DNA of 32,000 nt, taken from positions 6,630,001-6,662,000 of the forward strand of contig NZ_LN831039.1 in assembly GCF_001457595.1 (NCBI RefSeq), written 5' to 3'. Source of the DNA: Mycolicibacterium smegmatis (GTDB lineage: Bacteria > Actinomycetota > Actinomycetes > Mycobacteriales > Mycobacteriaceae). Every line of letters begins with the position of its first letter. Within the stretch, counting starts at the first letter, position 1. Of this stretch, positions 9,185-18,175 are shown piece by piece. The notes below the pieces were generated by a model. It was given only the letters and a program-made list of their open reading frames with translations, did no database searches and had not been told where the DNA came from. The position numbers were made by a program, and so were the translations under genes.

Positions 9185-9220
9185 GCATGCCTCCATACTC
9201 CCCCGATTCCGAAGGCATGC
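9185..9220 (-). promoter_or_regulatory. Stem-loop (8-bp arms GCATGCCT/AGGCATGC, 20-nt loop) between the DUF35 stop and the peptide gene; overlaps the peptide SD
   Basis: Arms at 9185-9192 and 9213-9220 were read directly. It could terminate or attenuate the upstream operon, or mask the GGAGG. Confidence 0.3.
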
Positions 9221-9255
9221 CAAGGACAATGTGTCAGATCACGCCACTTCTGGAG

Positions 9256-9678
9256 TCATGCGGCGGTGTACCGCAACATCGTGGCGGCCTCACCGGGTCT
9301 GGCGTCGGGACGGTCGCAGAACACGGGTTTCACGCGCATTCCGACACGTAGATCGTGCGCTGCCATGTCGACCATCTCGGTCGAAAAGCGCGGTCCCTCA
9401 TCCCATTGCACGATCGCCAGCAACTGCGGCACCGCATCGGCAAAATGCGGCCCCACGGGTCGGCGCGCCACAGTGTACGAGTACAACGTGCCCATACCGG
9501 AGATCTCGCGCCATTCCAGATCGTCGGCCAGTGTCCGCGGGGCAAGGACCCTGGGATAGAAGACGTACTCACCCGACGACGGCGAGTACTGGATCACGAT
9601 GCGGTGCTCGGCGAGGGCATCCCAGAACGGTGTCGTGGTCGCGGTTTTCACCGGTACCGGGCGATCGAGACCGGTCAT
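9256..9678 (-). CDS. DUF35 OB-fold/Zn-ribbon-like protein (partner of Ltp thiolase-like enzymes)
   Basis: 140 aa. Contains TTPFWDALAEHRIVIQYSPSSGEYVFYPRVLAP...GTLYSYTV...VQWDEGPRF...VGMRVKPVF. It starts 2 nt after the Ltp stop. Confidence 0.8.
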   Translation of the reverse strand: MTGLDRPVPVKTATTTPFWDALAEHRIVIQYSPSSGEYVFYPRVLAPRTLADDLEWREISGMGTLYSYTVARRPVGPHFADAVPQLLAIVQWDEGPRFSTEMVDMAAHDLRVGMRVKPVFCDRPDARPGEAATMLRYTAA

Positions 9679-9680
9679 GG

Positions 9681-10928
9681 TCAGTCACCTTCCAGGATCA
9701 GTGCGGTCTGCTCGGAGAGGATGCCGCCGTTGCCCGAGACGAACGCGCGGTCACACCCGTGCCCGTTTCGTCCTCCTCGCGTGCGGGACACCTGCGCCGC
9801 CCCGGCCCGCCCCATGATCTGGCGCGTCGCGTCGCACACGTGGTGCATCCCACCGGCGAGTCCGGCCTGGCCGAAACCGAGTTGGCCGCCCGCGGTGTTG
9901 AGCGGGAAATCACCGCGGAAGGTCAGGTCGTGATCGGACACGAACGCCATGCCTTTGCCTTTCTCGCAGAACCCGGCGTCTTCGAGGCTCAGCAGCACGG
10001 TGATCGTGTAGCAGTCGTAGATCGAGACCATGTCCATCTGGTCACGGCCCAGGCCGCTCATGGTGAACGCGGTTTCGGCGGCGCGCCGCATCGGGGTGTC
10101 GAGGAGATCCTCGGCGTACGTGGGTGTCTTGAACGGCACGTGTTCACCGAATCCCTTGATCCACACCGGCCGATTCTTCGCCTTGGCGGCGACGTCGGCG
10201 CTCGCGACGACCACGGCGGCTCCGCCCACGCACGGCATGACGATCTCGAGCATGTGCAGCGGATCGGCGATGATCGGACTTGCCAGCACGTCCTCGATGG
10301 TGAGCGGTTTGTCCTTCCAGATCGCGCCTTCGGTGTGGTTGGCGTTGACGCGTTGGTCCACCACTATTTTCGCCATGGCACGCTCGTCGTAGCCGTACTC
10401 GTAGGCGTAGCGCTGCGCGACCTGCCCGTACGGCCCGTTCTGACCGAGGTTGCCGTAGGGAATGTCGAATTCGGCCTGGGGCGAGCCGAACTGGTTGCTC
10501 GACGATCCGAAGAACACCGCGTCGGACAACGACTTGGGTTTGAGGTCGGACATCGGGGTGAGGTAACGCGCAGGCAGGGCGCACAGCACGACGTCGCAGA
10601 TCCCCAGTTCGATGGCTGCGGCCGCGCGCCACACCATTCCCGCCGCGCTGGCGCCGCCGAGGTCCAGCAACTCCGCGAAATTTGCCCGCACGCCGAGGTA
10701 TTCGGCGACGGTCGACGGCACGAAGATCTCGGACTCGCCGAGGTGCGAGGTGACGATGCCGTCAACCTGTTCGGCTGACAGACCCGCGTCGTCGAGTGCG
10801 GCCGCCGACAGCTGTGCCCACTGTTCGAGGGTGAACGGCGCCGGGGAGGCGGTGCTCAGCCGTTCGGGCGGCAGTTCGACGTAGCCGACGATCGCGGCCT
10901 CGCCCTGCAGTCCCTTCCGTGGTCGCAT
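9681..10928 (-). CDS. Thiolase-like lipid-transfer protein (Ltp/SCP-x-type, non-acetylating)
   Basis: 415 aa. The thiolase fold ends with GGQLGFGQAGLAGGMHHV and NGGILSEQTALILEG. It is adjacent to DUF35, as in Ltp-DUF35 pairs. Confidence 0.85.
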   Translation of the reverse strand: MRPRKGLQGEAAIVGYVELPPERLSTASPAPFTLEQWAQLSAAALDDAGLSAEQVDGIVTSHLGESEIFVPSTVAEYLGVRANFAELLDLGGASAAGMVWRAAAAIELGICDVVLCALPARYLTPMSDLKPKSLSDAVFFGSSSNQFGSPQAEFDIPYGNLGQNGPYGQVAQRYAYEYGYDERAMAKIVVDQRVNANHTEGAIWKDKPLTIEDVLASPIIADPLHMLEIVMPCVGGAAVVVASADVAAKAKNRPVWIKGFGEHVPFKTPTYAEDLLDTPMRRAAETAFTMSGLGRDQMDMVSIYDCYTITVLLSLEDAGFCEKGKGMAFVSDHDLTFRGDFPLNTAGGQLGFGQAGLAGGMHHVCDATRQIMGRAGAAQVSRTRGGRNGHGCDRAFVSGNGGILSEQTALILEGD

Positions 10929-10936
10929 GCGGTTCC

Positions 10937-13192
10937 TTACTTTCGAGGCAGGCCCAGGATCATCTGGGCGATGATGTTGAGCTGAATCTCGGTGGTGCCG
11001 CCCCCGATCAGCTCGGCGGGCAGGTCGAGATACGGGGCCACCACTGCGGGCTCGCTTCGCTGTTCGAGTGCCAGGCGCCCCGCGAGCCCGAGGGTGAGTT
11101 GGGCTGCGCGACGCAGCATCACGTTGGTGGCCACCTTGGCGATGCTCGACGTCGGACCGGGTGGCTGCCCGTCGAGCAGACGCAGGGTCTCACGCACGCC
11201 GAGCGCCTTGAGCGCGTTGGTGTTCGCGTCGACCTCACCGATCGCGTGCAGGATCGGGTCGCGCTCGGTGGTGGCGGTTTTGGCGAGGTCGCGTAACGCC
11301 CCCATGCGGTCGATGTGCACGTAATTACTGATCGCGACCCGCTCGTGGGCCATGGTGCTGATCGCCAGTTGCCAACCCGACGTCGACCCTCCGAGCAGCA
11401 TGTCGTCGGGAACGAACACGTCGGTGAGGAACACCTCGTTGAACTCCGAACGCCCACTGGCCTGCGTGATCTGGCGGACCTCGATTCCCGGTGACCGCAT
11501 GTCCACGATGAAGTAACCGATGCCACGGTGTTTGGGTGCATCCGGGTCGGTGCGCGCGAGCAGCGCACCGTAGTCGGCGCGGTGCGCCGACGATGTCCAG
11601 ATCTTGTGGCCGGTGATCTGCCAGCCGCCGTCGACGCGGACCGCGCGCGTGCTCAGCGACGCCAGGTCGCTCCCCGCGCCGGGCTCGCTGAACAGCTGGC
11701 ACCATGCGAGTTGCCCCCGCAGCGTCTCGGGGATGAACCGGCGTTGCAGATCCTCGGATCCGGCCGAGATGATGGTCGGCAGAATCCATTCCGCGATACC
11801 GACCGATGGCCGGATCAGACCCGGACGTCTCGCGAACTCCTCGTCGACGACGAGTTGTCGGCGCACCGTCGCGTCACATCCCCACGGCGCAGGCCAGTGC
11901 GGTGCGATCAGGCCCGCTTCGGCCAGGAGGTCACGTCGTGCCCCCGTGACGAACTCCCGGCCATGTCCTTGCGGCGCGTCCTCGCCACCGGTGTCCTCGG
12001 GCAGCGCCGAGGCACGGTCGAGAACGTCGGCGACATGGGCGCGGAACCCCGAATCCGCGGTGTTCTCTTCCGGTCCGAGGTCGACCTTCAGTTCCCGAGG
12101 CGTCGACAACTCACCCAGTTCGCGCGTCCACCGCGACACCGGCCCGAGCGAGGCGGCCAGGCTCGTCGCGCGCCGCCAGTACAGATGCAGGTCGTGTTCC
12201 CACGTGAAACCGATGGCGCCCAGCATTGTCAGCGCTTCGAGCACCAGCCCGGGTGCGGGCGCGACTGCCGTCACGACGGCGGTTGCAACGGCGGCGCGGT
12301 GCTGCACCGGGTCGTCGGAGCTACTCAGGGCGCGCACCGCGTCCCAGGCCGCCGCGGTAGCCAGCTCGCTGTTCACCAGCAGCATCGCGGCCTTGTGTTG
12401 CATGGCCTGGAAGGTGCCGATGGGTTTTCCGAATTGCTCACGCGTGCGCAGGTGTTTGGTCACGGTCCGCGCGCACCACTGCATGATGCCCGCGATGACA
12501 CTGGCGGTGAACGCGACGGTCACATTGGTGACATGGTCGGTGTCGACGTCTGTGAGAAGGGCCGCGCCGGACACCGAGTGGTCGTGTAGGTGCAGGACGC
12601 CGATGTCGGTGGTCAGATCCGTCGCGGCGCGCGCCTCGACATCGCAGCCGGCGGGATCGATGGCGGCCCAACGCAGTACACCGTCGTCGCCATCGTTGCA
12701 CCGGAACGGCACCAGCACGCGCTGTGCCGCGAGCATTCCGGACATCACACCGCTCGATCCGGTGAGAGTCCAGGCCTCGCCGGTTCGCCGGCCGACGAAG
12801 TCGCAATGCTCGGGCAACGCGACGACAGCCGGTGTCCCGGCGATGATCTCTTTGAAAAGCGCCGTGTCATCGCCGGCGAGCACAGCACTCACCACGGCCG
12901 AATGCAGCAGCGGGCCGGGCAGCATCGCAGCGCCTGCGGCCTGCAGCACGCAGGCCATGTCCGCGAGCTCGCCGCCCTGCCCGCCGAGGCGCTCGGGCAC
13001 GTGTACGACATGAAAACCGTTTTCCACCAGATCAGGCCACCAGACCGGTAGTTGCCCGTCGGCCAGAGCGGCGAGATTCGCCCGGGTTTCGGAGACCGGT
13101 GCGTGGTGGGCGGCGAAGCGGCCGAAGGCTTCTGTGAGCTCGTGTTGTTCGGGCGTGATCGCCAGCGAAGTCGCTGTAGGACCGGCGGTCAT
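10937..13192 (-). CDS. Fused double acyl-CoA dehydrogenase (two ACAD modules in one 751-aa chain)
   Basis: The N-terminal module has REQFGKPIGTFQAMQHKAA and GAIGFTWEHDLHLYWRRA. The C-terminal module has LFSEPGAGSDLASL, GHKIWTSSA and GGGTTEIQLNIIAQ. ATGA overlap with the upstream epimerase at 13189-13192. Confidence 0.85.
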   Translation of the reverse strand: MTAGPTATSLAITPEQHELTEAFGRFAAHHAPVSETRANLAALADGQLPVWWPDLVENGFHVVHVPERLGGQGGELADMACVLQAAGAAMLPGPLLHSAVVSAVLAGDDTALFKEIIAGTPAVVALPEHCDFVGRRTGEAWTLTGSSGVMSGMLAAQRVLVPFRCNDGDDGVLRWAAIDPAGCDVEARAATDLTTDIGVLHLHDHSVSGAALLTDVDTDHVTNVTVAFTASVIAGIMQWCARTVTKHLRTREQFGKPIGTFQAMQHKAAMLLVNSELATAAAWDAVRALSSSDDPVQHRAAVATAVVTAVAPAPGLVLEALTMLGAIGFTWEHDLHLYWRRATSLAASLGPVSRWTRELGELSTPRELKVDLGPEENTADSGFRAHVADVLDRASALPEDTGGEDAPQGHGREFVTGARRDLLAEAGLIAPHWPAPWGCDATVRRQLVVDEEFARRPGLIRPSVGIAEWILPTIISAGSEDLQRRFIPETLRGQLAWCQLFSEPGAGSDLASLSTRAVRVDGGWQITGHKIWTSSAHRADYGALLARTDPDAPKHRGIGYFIVDMRSPGIEVRQITQASGRSEFNEVFLTDVFVPDDMLLGGSTSGWQLAISTMAHERVAISNYVHIDRMGALRDLAKTATTERDPILHAIGEVDANTNALKALGVRETLRLLDGQPPGPTSSIAKVATNVMLRRAAQLTLGLAGRLALEQRSEPAVVAPYLDLPAELIGGGTTEIQLNIIAQMILGLPRK

Positions 13193-14199
13193 GTACGCCT
13201 CCTCGACGCGAAGAAGCGCGCGGCCTGCGCGATGGACTCTGGTGCCGGGGCGGGTTTCCAGCCGAGTTCGCGCACAGCCTTGCCGTGGTCCATCGGCGGC
13301 ATGACGTGCATGAGTCGCACGGTCAGCGGGCTCAACCTGGTCTCGCGCCTGCGCAGGCGTGCGACGGCCGAGGACAGGCCCGCTGCCGCGGCCATCACAC
13401 GGATCGGCACACCACGACGCGGCGGCTCGACACCGACTGCATCGCAGGCGACCTCGTAGATCTCGCGAGCGGACATCATGCGTTCCGAGACGATGTAGCG
13501 CTCACCGGGCGTGCCGCGCTCACCGGCAAGGACCAGGGCCTCGGCGGCGTCTGCCACACCGACCGCCTCGGCCTCGGCGCCGTCGATGTAGAACGGCATC
13601 TTGCCGCGTACCGCGGCCGCGACGAGCCCACCGTGCGGCGTCGGCTGCCAGTCACCTGGCCCGTAGGTGTTGGAGACACACATCGCGACCGCGGGCAGCC
13701 CACGGTCCTTGTGGTACCGGAGCACCAACTGCTCGGCGCGTACGCGGCTGCGCACGTACTCTCCGCCACGGTCCAGCCAGTTGTTCTCGATTTCCTCTGT
13801 GGCCGGTCCACTTTCAGGAAGCCCGATGGTCGCGATCGAGCTGGTGAACACGAACCGGCGTACCCCTGAGGCGATTCCGGGTTCGGTCATGACGTCCAGG
13901 ACGCCGCGCAGGCCGTCGACGTTCGTCCGCCACAGCGGCGTCGCGTCCCGCAACCAGGCGCGCGCGTCGACCACGCAGTAGTACACCGTGTCACACCCGT
14001 CGGCGGCGCCGCGCACGGAGTCGGCGTCGAAGATGTCGCCGTGACGGACGTCCACGCGATCGATCAGGTCGTCGATGCCGCGCGTCGAACTCGTCGGCCG
14101 GATGAGGATGCGGACGTTCTCGCCGCGCTCCACCAGGCGCCTGGCGACGTGGGAGCCGAGAAATCCGCTGGCCCCGATCACCAGTTTCGTCGCTGTCAT
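13189..14199 (-). CDS. NAD-dependent epimerase/dehydratase (extended SDR) family protein
   Basis: Start chosen at ATG 14199 (MTATKLVIGASGFLGSHVARRLV = GxxGxxG). The longer ORF to 14316 would overlap the divergent TetR start at 14295. The expected YxxxK reads YVRSR. Confidence 0.8.
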   Translation of the reverse strand: MTATKLVIGASGFLGSHVARRLVERGENVRILIRPTSSTRGIDDLIDRVDVRHGDIFDADSVRGAADGCDTVYYCVVDARAWLRDATPLWRTNVDGLRGVLDVMTEPGIASGVRRFVFTSSIATIGLPESGPATEEIENNWLDRGGEYVRSRVRAEQLVLRYHKDRGLPAVAMCVSNTYGPGDWQPTPHGGLVAAAVRGKMPFYIDGAEAEAVGVADAAEALVLAGERGTPGERYIVSERMMSAREIYEVACDAVGVEPPRRGVPIRVMAAAAGLSSAVARLRRRETRLSPLTVRLMHVMPPMDHGKAVRELGWKPAPAPESIAQAARFFASRRRT

Positions 14200-14230
14200 A
14201 GGCCCTTGCGCTCGTGTCCTCGGGTCATAA

Positions 14231-14249
14231 ACGAGACGGTCCGTCTCGT
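14231..14249. promoter_or_regulatory. Perfect 19-bp palindrome ACGAGACGG-T-CCGTCTCGT, candidate TetR operator
   Basis: Read directly. It is centred in the 95-bp divergent region between the epimerase operon (start 14199) and the TetR gene (start 14295). Confidence 0.5.
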
Positions 14250-14285
14250 CTTGTGGCAGAGTACGGGGTGCCACTTTTCGTGTAA

Positions 14286-14864
<579 letters not shown>

Positions 14865-14866
14865 GT

Positions 14867-15535
14867 TCAGCGCTGGGGCACGGCACCCGGCGCACGGACC
14901 ACCATGGGCACCGCCGGGAAGTACGAGGCCATCTCGGAGCGTGACTTGCGCAGGGCCGCAGTGCCGTAGCCGCGCTTGCGGAAGTCCGGGTGGATCCAGA
15001 TGCGGACGTTCACCTCGCCGCTGACGAGTTCACCGAACACCATCCCGACCTTCTGGCCGCCCTCGACCGCGACGAACCAGGCCGCCTCTTCGGCGTCGAC
15101 GCGACGCAGCGCCGCGCGAATCTCCTCGTCGAGGTCGGCCGCGGGCGCGCCGGATCCGTCTCCCGAGGCGCCGACGTCGCTGGTGCGGGCCGCGAAGATG
15201 TCGCGGTCATCGGTCGCCGAGAAGGGCCGCAGTTCGAGGGTGTCGCCCGCGCTGGCGGGCCGTTCCTGCAGCGTGAAGCTCAGCTGGCTGTTGAGGTCGT
15301 CGAGCTCGGCGGCGATCTGCCGGCGCGACTCCTTGGTGATCTGCGCGAACGACAGCCCGATGACAGCCTCGGCCGCGGTGCGCGAGGTGCCGAGCAGATT
15401 CGCGACGGCGTCGATCGCGGCGTTGCGGTCCTCGGCGTCGACGATGACGTCGAGCACCTCGTGCCTGCGGTTGAGCGCGCTGAGCAGAGCGTCGGTGATG
15501 TCGCGGCGCGCGGCGGCCTTGTCCGGGTCGGTCAT
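14867..15535 (-). CDS. GNAT N-acetyltransferase with an N-terminal GyrA/ParC helical-hairpin-like segment
   Basis: C-terminal GNAT motif A is IWIHPDFRKRGYGTAAL. The N-terminal ~80 aa (ITDALLSALNRRHEVLDVIVDAEDRNAAIDAVANLLGTSRTAAEAVIGLSFAQITKESRRQIAAELDDL) resemble the GyrA segment ILRGLVKALDALDEVIALIR...IQAQAILDMQLRRL. Start taken at ATG 15535, because the 15610 start would overlap the upstream small ORF. Confidence 0.7.
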   Translation of the reverse strand: MTDPDKAAARRDITDALLSALNRRHEVLDVIVDAEDRNAAIDAVANLLGTSRTAAEAVIGLSFAQITKESRRQIAAELDDLNSQLSFTLQERPASAGDTLELRPFSATDDRDIFAARTSDVGASGDGSGAPAADLDEEIRAALRRVDAEEAAWFVAVEGGQKVGMVFGELVSGEVNVRIWIHPDFRKRGYGTAALRKSRSEMASYFPAVPMVVRAPGAVPQR

Positions 15536-15558
15536 ACCGCCGAGCGTAGCGGGCACGC

Positions 15559-15714
15559 TCAGAGTCGGGACATCTCCCGCGACATCAGCGCCGACTCGAA
15601 GTAGGTCCACTTCGTCGGGTACTCGTGGTGGCGCCCGTGGTCGTGACCGTCGACGCGATGCTTCTCAAGCCAGCGCGCGAGCACCGTGGGCTTGTGCGGA
15701 GCAGGTATCAACAT
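15559..15714 (-). CDS. 51-aa His-rich small protein, function unknown
   Basis: ATG 15714 is 6 nt after a perfect GGAGG (rc of 15721-15725). Sequence is MLIPAPHKPTVLARWLEKHRVDGHDHGRHHEYPTKWTYFESALMSREMSRL. It ends 24 nt upstream of the GNAT start. Confidence 0.55.
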   Translation of the reverse strand: MLIPAPHKPTVLARWLEKHRVDGHDHGRHHEYPTKWTYFESALMSREMSRL

Positions 15715-15843
15715 CGCACGCCTCCTTCGCCGGGTGCGGTTCAACATCAAAGTGCCTTGTCAGGCGCTTCTTCTTACATTTGAGAGAACCACCGGGAAGC
15801 GCCGTGATCATCCTCAGAACGGATGACTTCGACTAAAATTAAC

Positions 15844-15859
15844 TGTGACGTCAGACACA
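15844..15859. promoter_or_regulatory. CRP-like site TGTGA-CGTCAG-ACACA
   Basis: Matches 9 of 10 half-site positions of TGTGA-N6-TCACA. It is 58 nt upstream of the LuxR GTG (15917). Confidence 0.35.
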
Positions 15860-15916
15860 TAGAGGGTCTCCAATGACGGCATCGGCGGTAGTGACGATCG
15901 GCCCAGGAGTCGTGAC

Positions 15917-17039
15917 GTGGTCGCGGTCGAGGACTTCTCGCGCCTGATCGCCGGCATCTACGCCGCCGCCGTGACCCCCCACCACTGGGAGTCGGCCCTT
16001 CGGGACATTCACAGAACAGTCGGCGGTGACGGCGGCGGGCTGCTCACCGCGCAGGGCTCGATCTGGACCATCCAGAACGCGATCCTGCCGCCCGGTGCCG
16101 CCGCGAGTTACTCCCGGTACTACTGCCGGCTCGATCGGCCCATGGCCGAGGTCGCCGCCGGTCCGCGTGACGTCGTGCGGACCGGGAGCGAACTCATCGC
16201 CCCGTTCCGGGACTCGGAGTTCTACGTCGACTGGTTGCGTCCGAACAGCATCGAGGACGGCCTGTTCGTTCGACTCACCGACGGCATGCGCCCGTCGTGC
16301 GTCATCGTCCACACGTCGGTCACCTCCGAGCCTTTCGCAACCCCGGAACGCATGAAGGCGATGAGCGCTCTGGTTCCGCACCTGCAGCAGGCGCTGTGCA
16401 CCCGGCGCGCTGAACCACGCGGCGCACACCGAGTCGGAACTCGCGGCCGCACTCGACACCATCGAGCACGGCATCGCCGTGCTCGATTCCCACGGACGTG
16501 TGCGCGACGTCAACTCCGCCGGTGAGCGCATCCTCCGCGGCGACGACGGCCTTCGCGTCGTTGCCGGTCACATCACGCCCTCTGCACCGGGTGCAGGCGC
16601 CGCCTTCAACCGCGCGCTGCACCTGGCCCTCGAGGGCGACGTTCCCGTCGGGGATTCGTTCGCCGTCGAGAGGCCCTCGGGTGCAACGCCGTTCATCGTC
16701 CACGTGGTTCCGCTGCAGGTTCACGACGGACACCGGCGTGCACTGGTGATCCTCGTCGACCCCGCACACGTGTCCGAACCGAGCGCCGTGCTACTGCAGC
16801 GCCTGTACCACCTGACCCGCACCGAGGCCGAGGTCGCCCTGCACGTCGCACGGGGTGCCGATCCCAGGCAGATCGCCGATGACCTGTCGGTCTCGATCAC
16901 CACAGTGCGCACGCACCTGCACCGCGTCTTCCACAAGACCGGCACCCATCGCCAGGTGGAACTGCTCCGAATGTTGCTCAGCCTGCAAGCAATTCCTGAC
17001 CCAGATACCCCTCCGGGGAACGCACCCCCGGCAGGATGA
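15917..17039 (+). pseudogene. PAS-like sensor + LuxR-HTH regulator interrupted by a single frameshift (or a sequencing error)
   Basis: ORF 15917..16525 carries the family N-terminus (VEDFSRLIAGIYAAAVTPHHWESALRDI...ALVPHLQQAL) and then turns Arg-rich nonsense. The +1 frame reads on sensibly from about 16407 (ALNHAAHTESELAAALDTIEHGIAVLDSHGRV...), although the tracked ORF 16479..17039 starts only at GTG 16479. It runs to the LuxR HTH (LTRTEAEVALHVARGADPRQIADDLSVSITTVRTHLHRVFHKTG). The +1 frame has a stop at 16353-16355, so the shift lies in 16356-16412. AGGAG lies 7 nt before the GTG. Confidence 0.7.
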
Positions 17040-18165
17040 CGAACACCGACGACCCGATCGCCGTCGTCCACTGGTTGAGTGCGTCGAACTGCGCGAGTCG
17101 CTGCTGCACCGGCAGGAACTGCGTGTCGATGTCACGCTGATACGTCGCGAAGATCAACCCCGTGTTCGACGTCTGCCCCGGTTCGGGCGCGTCGTCGTAG
17201 TTGTACGGCCTGCGCAGGAACCGTTCACCGTCGTGGCGGTGACGCGCCAGTGCGATGTGCGAGTTCGGTGGAATCACCGGAATACCGTTGCGTGCCAATG
17301 TGAAATCCGGCTCGTCGGTTTCCCGCTGCCCCGTCAGCGGGGCACCGCTGTCGAGTGTCCGCCCGACCGTGAGCTCCTTGCTCTCCCGGTCCAGCTCATC
17401 CCACGTGTCGAGTTGCATCTCGATGCGCCGCAACACCATCAGGGTGCCGCCGGCCAATCCCGGATACACCTCGTCGCCCAGCCACACCAGTTCATCGAAC
17501 TCGTCGGGCGCCAGGTTGACCGTCCCGTCCACCTGTCCCATCAGGTTGCGCATCGACGTGCCTTGCCGGTCGGCCCCGCGTGCGTTGCGGAATCCGGCCT
17601 GGCGCCACCGCTGCACGGCCATCGCGCGGACATTCTTGGTGAGCACCCGGGTGGCATGCGCGATCGACACCGGGTCGTCACCGCAGATCTGCAGCAGCAG
17701 ATCGCCACCGGACCACCGCTCCTGGAGGCGGTCCGGGCCGAATTCCGGCAGGTCCCTGGCCGAGCGCGGCACGGTGGCCCCCAACCTCCCCAGCAGACCG
17801 GGGCCCAACCCCACGGTGACCGTGAGCCGGGCCGGGCGGGTCGCCAGTTCGGGTTCGGTGTCGGCCACCGCGGGCCGGCCCGCGGTCAGACGTGCGGCGT
17901 CGACGGTCCACAACCGCAGGATCGCGGCCACGGTGTCCCGCTCGCTGCGGGTGTCCGTGGGTTTCACGTCGAAGGCGAGGAAAACGCCGTGTGCCTGTGG
18001 GGCGGTGGCGATCCCGGCCTGGTGCGGTCCGTAGAACGGTTCGGCATCGGTGCCGAACCCGTGGTCGACGACAGCGGAGTTCGCGACGCCGGACGCCGTG
18101 ACCACCGCGCCCGCGGCCAACGCGGCGGCGCCCCCGGTGAGGAGGCGCCGCCGGTTGACCCTCAT
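16978..18165 (-). CDS. Tat-exported DyP-type haem peroxidase (EfeB/DtpA-like)
   Basis: Twin-arginine signal MRVNRRRLLTGGAAALAAGA. Also has the GQVDGT (GxxDG) motif, a proximal-His region NSHIALAR and a C-terminus SVFVILPG. An alternative GTG start at 18183 overlaps the PCuAC stop. Confidence 0.85.
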   Translation of the reverse strand: MRVNRRRLLTGGAAALAAGAVVTASGVANSAVVDHGFGTDAEPFYGPHQAGIATAPQAHGVFLAFDVKPTDTRSERDTVAAILRLWTVDAARLTAGRPAVADTEPELATRPARLTVTVGLGPGLLGRLGATVPRSARDLPEFGPDRLQERWSGGDLLLQICGDDPVSIAHATRVLTKNVRAMAVQRWRQAGFRNARGADRQGTSMRNLMGQVDGTVNLAPDEFDELVWLGDEVYPGLAGGTLMVLRRIEMQLDTWDELDRESKELTVGRTLDSGAPLTGQRETDEPDFTLARNGIPVIPPNSHIALARHRHDGERFLRRPYNYDDAPEPGQTSNTGLIFATYQRDIDTQFLPVQQRLAQFDALNQWTTAIGSSVFVILPGVRSPEGYLGQELLAG

Positions 18166-18175
18166 CGAGGATCCG

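Noticed and set aside
9231-10778. 515-aa plus-strand ORF antisense to DUF35 and Ltp
   Set aside because: It has no recognisable domain and an Arg-rich composition, while the opposite strand has clear thiolase-like and DUF35 sequences.
11528-13013. 353-aa and 469-aa plus-strand ORFs antisense to the fused ACAD
   Set aside because: These are shadow frames, and the ACAD motifs are all on the minus strand.
14867-15610. Longer 247-aa version of the GNAT ORF starting at 15610
   Set aside because: It would overlap the strongly SD-led 51-aa ORF (15559..15714) by 52 nt. The extra 25 residues have no feature. ATG 15535 is retained, although the start remains uncertain.
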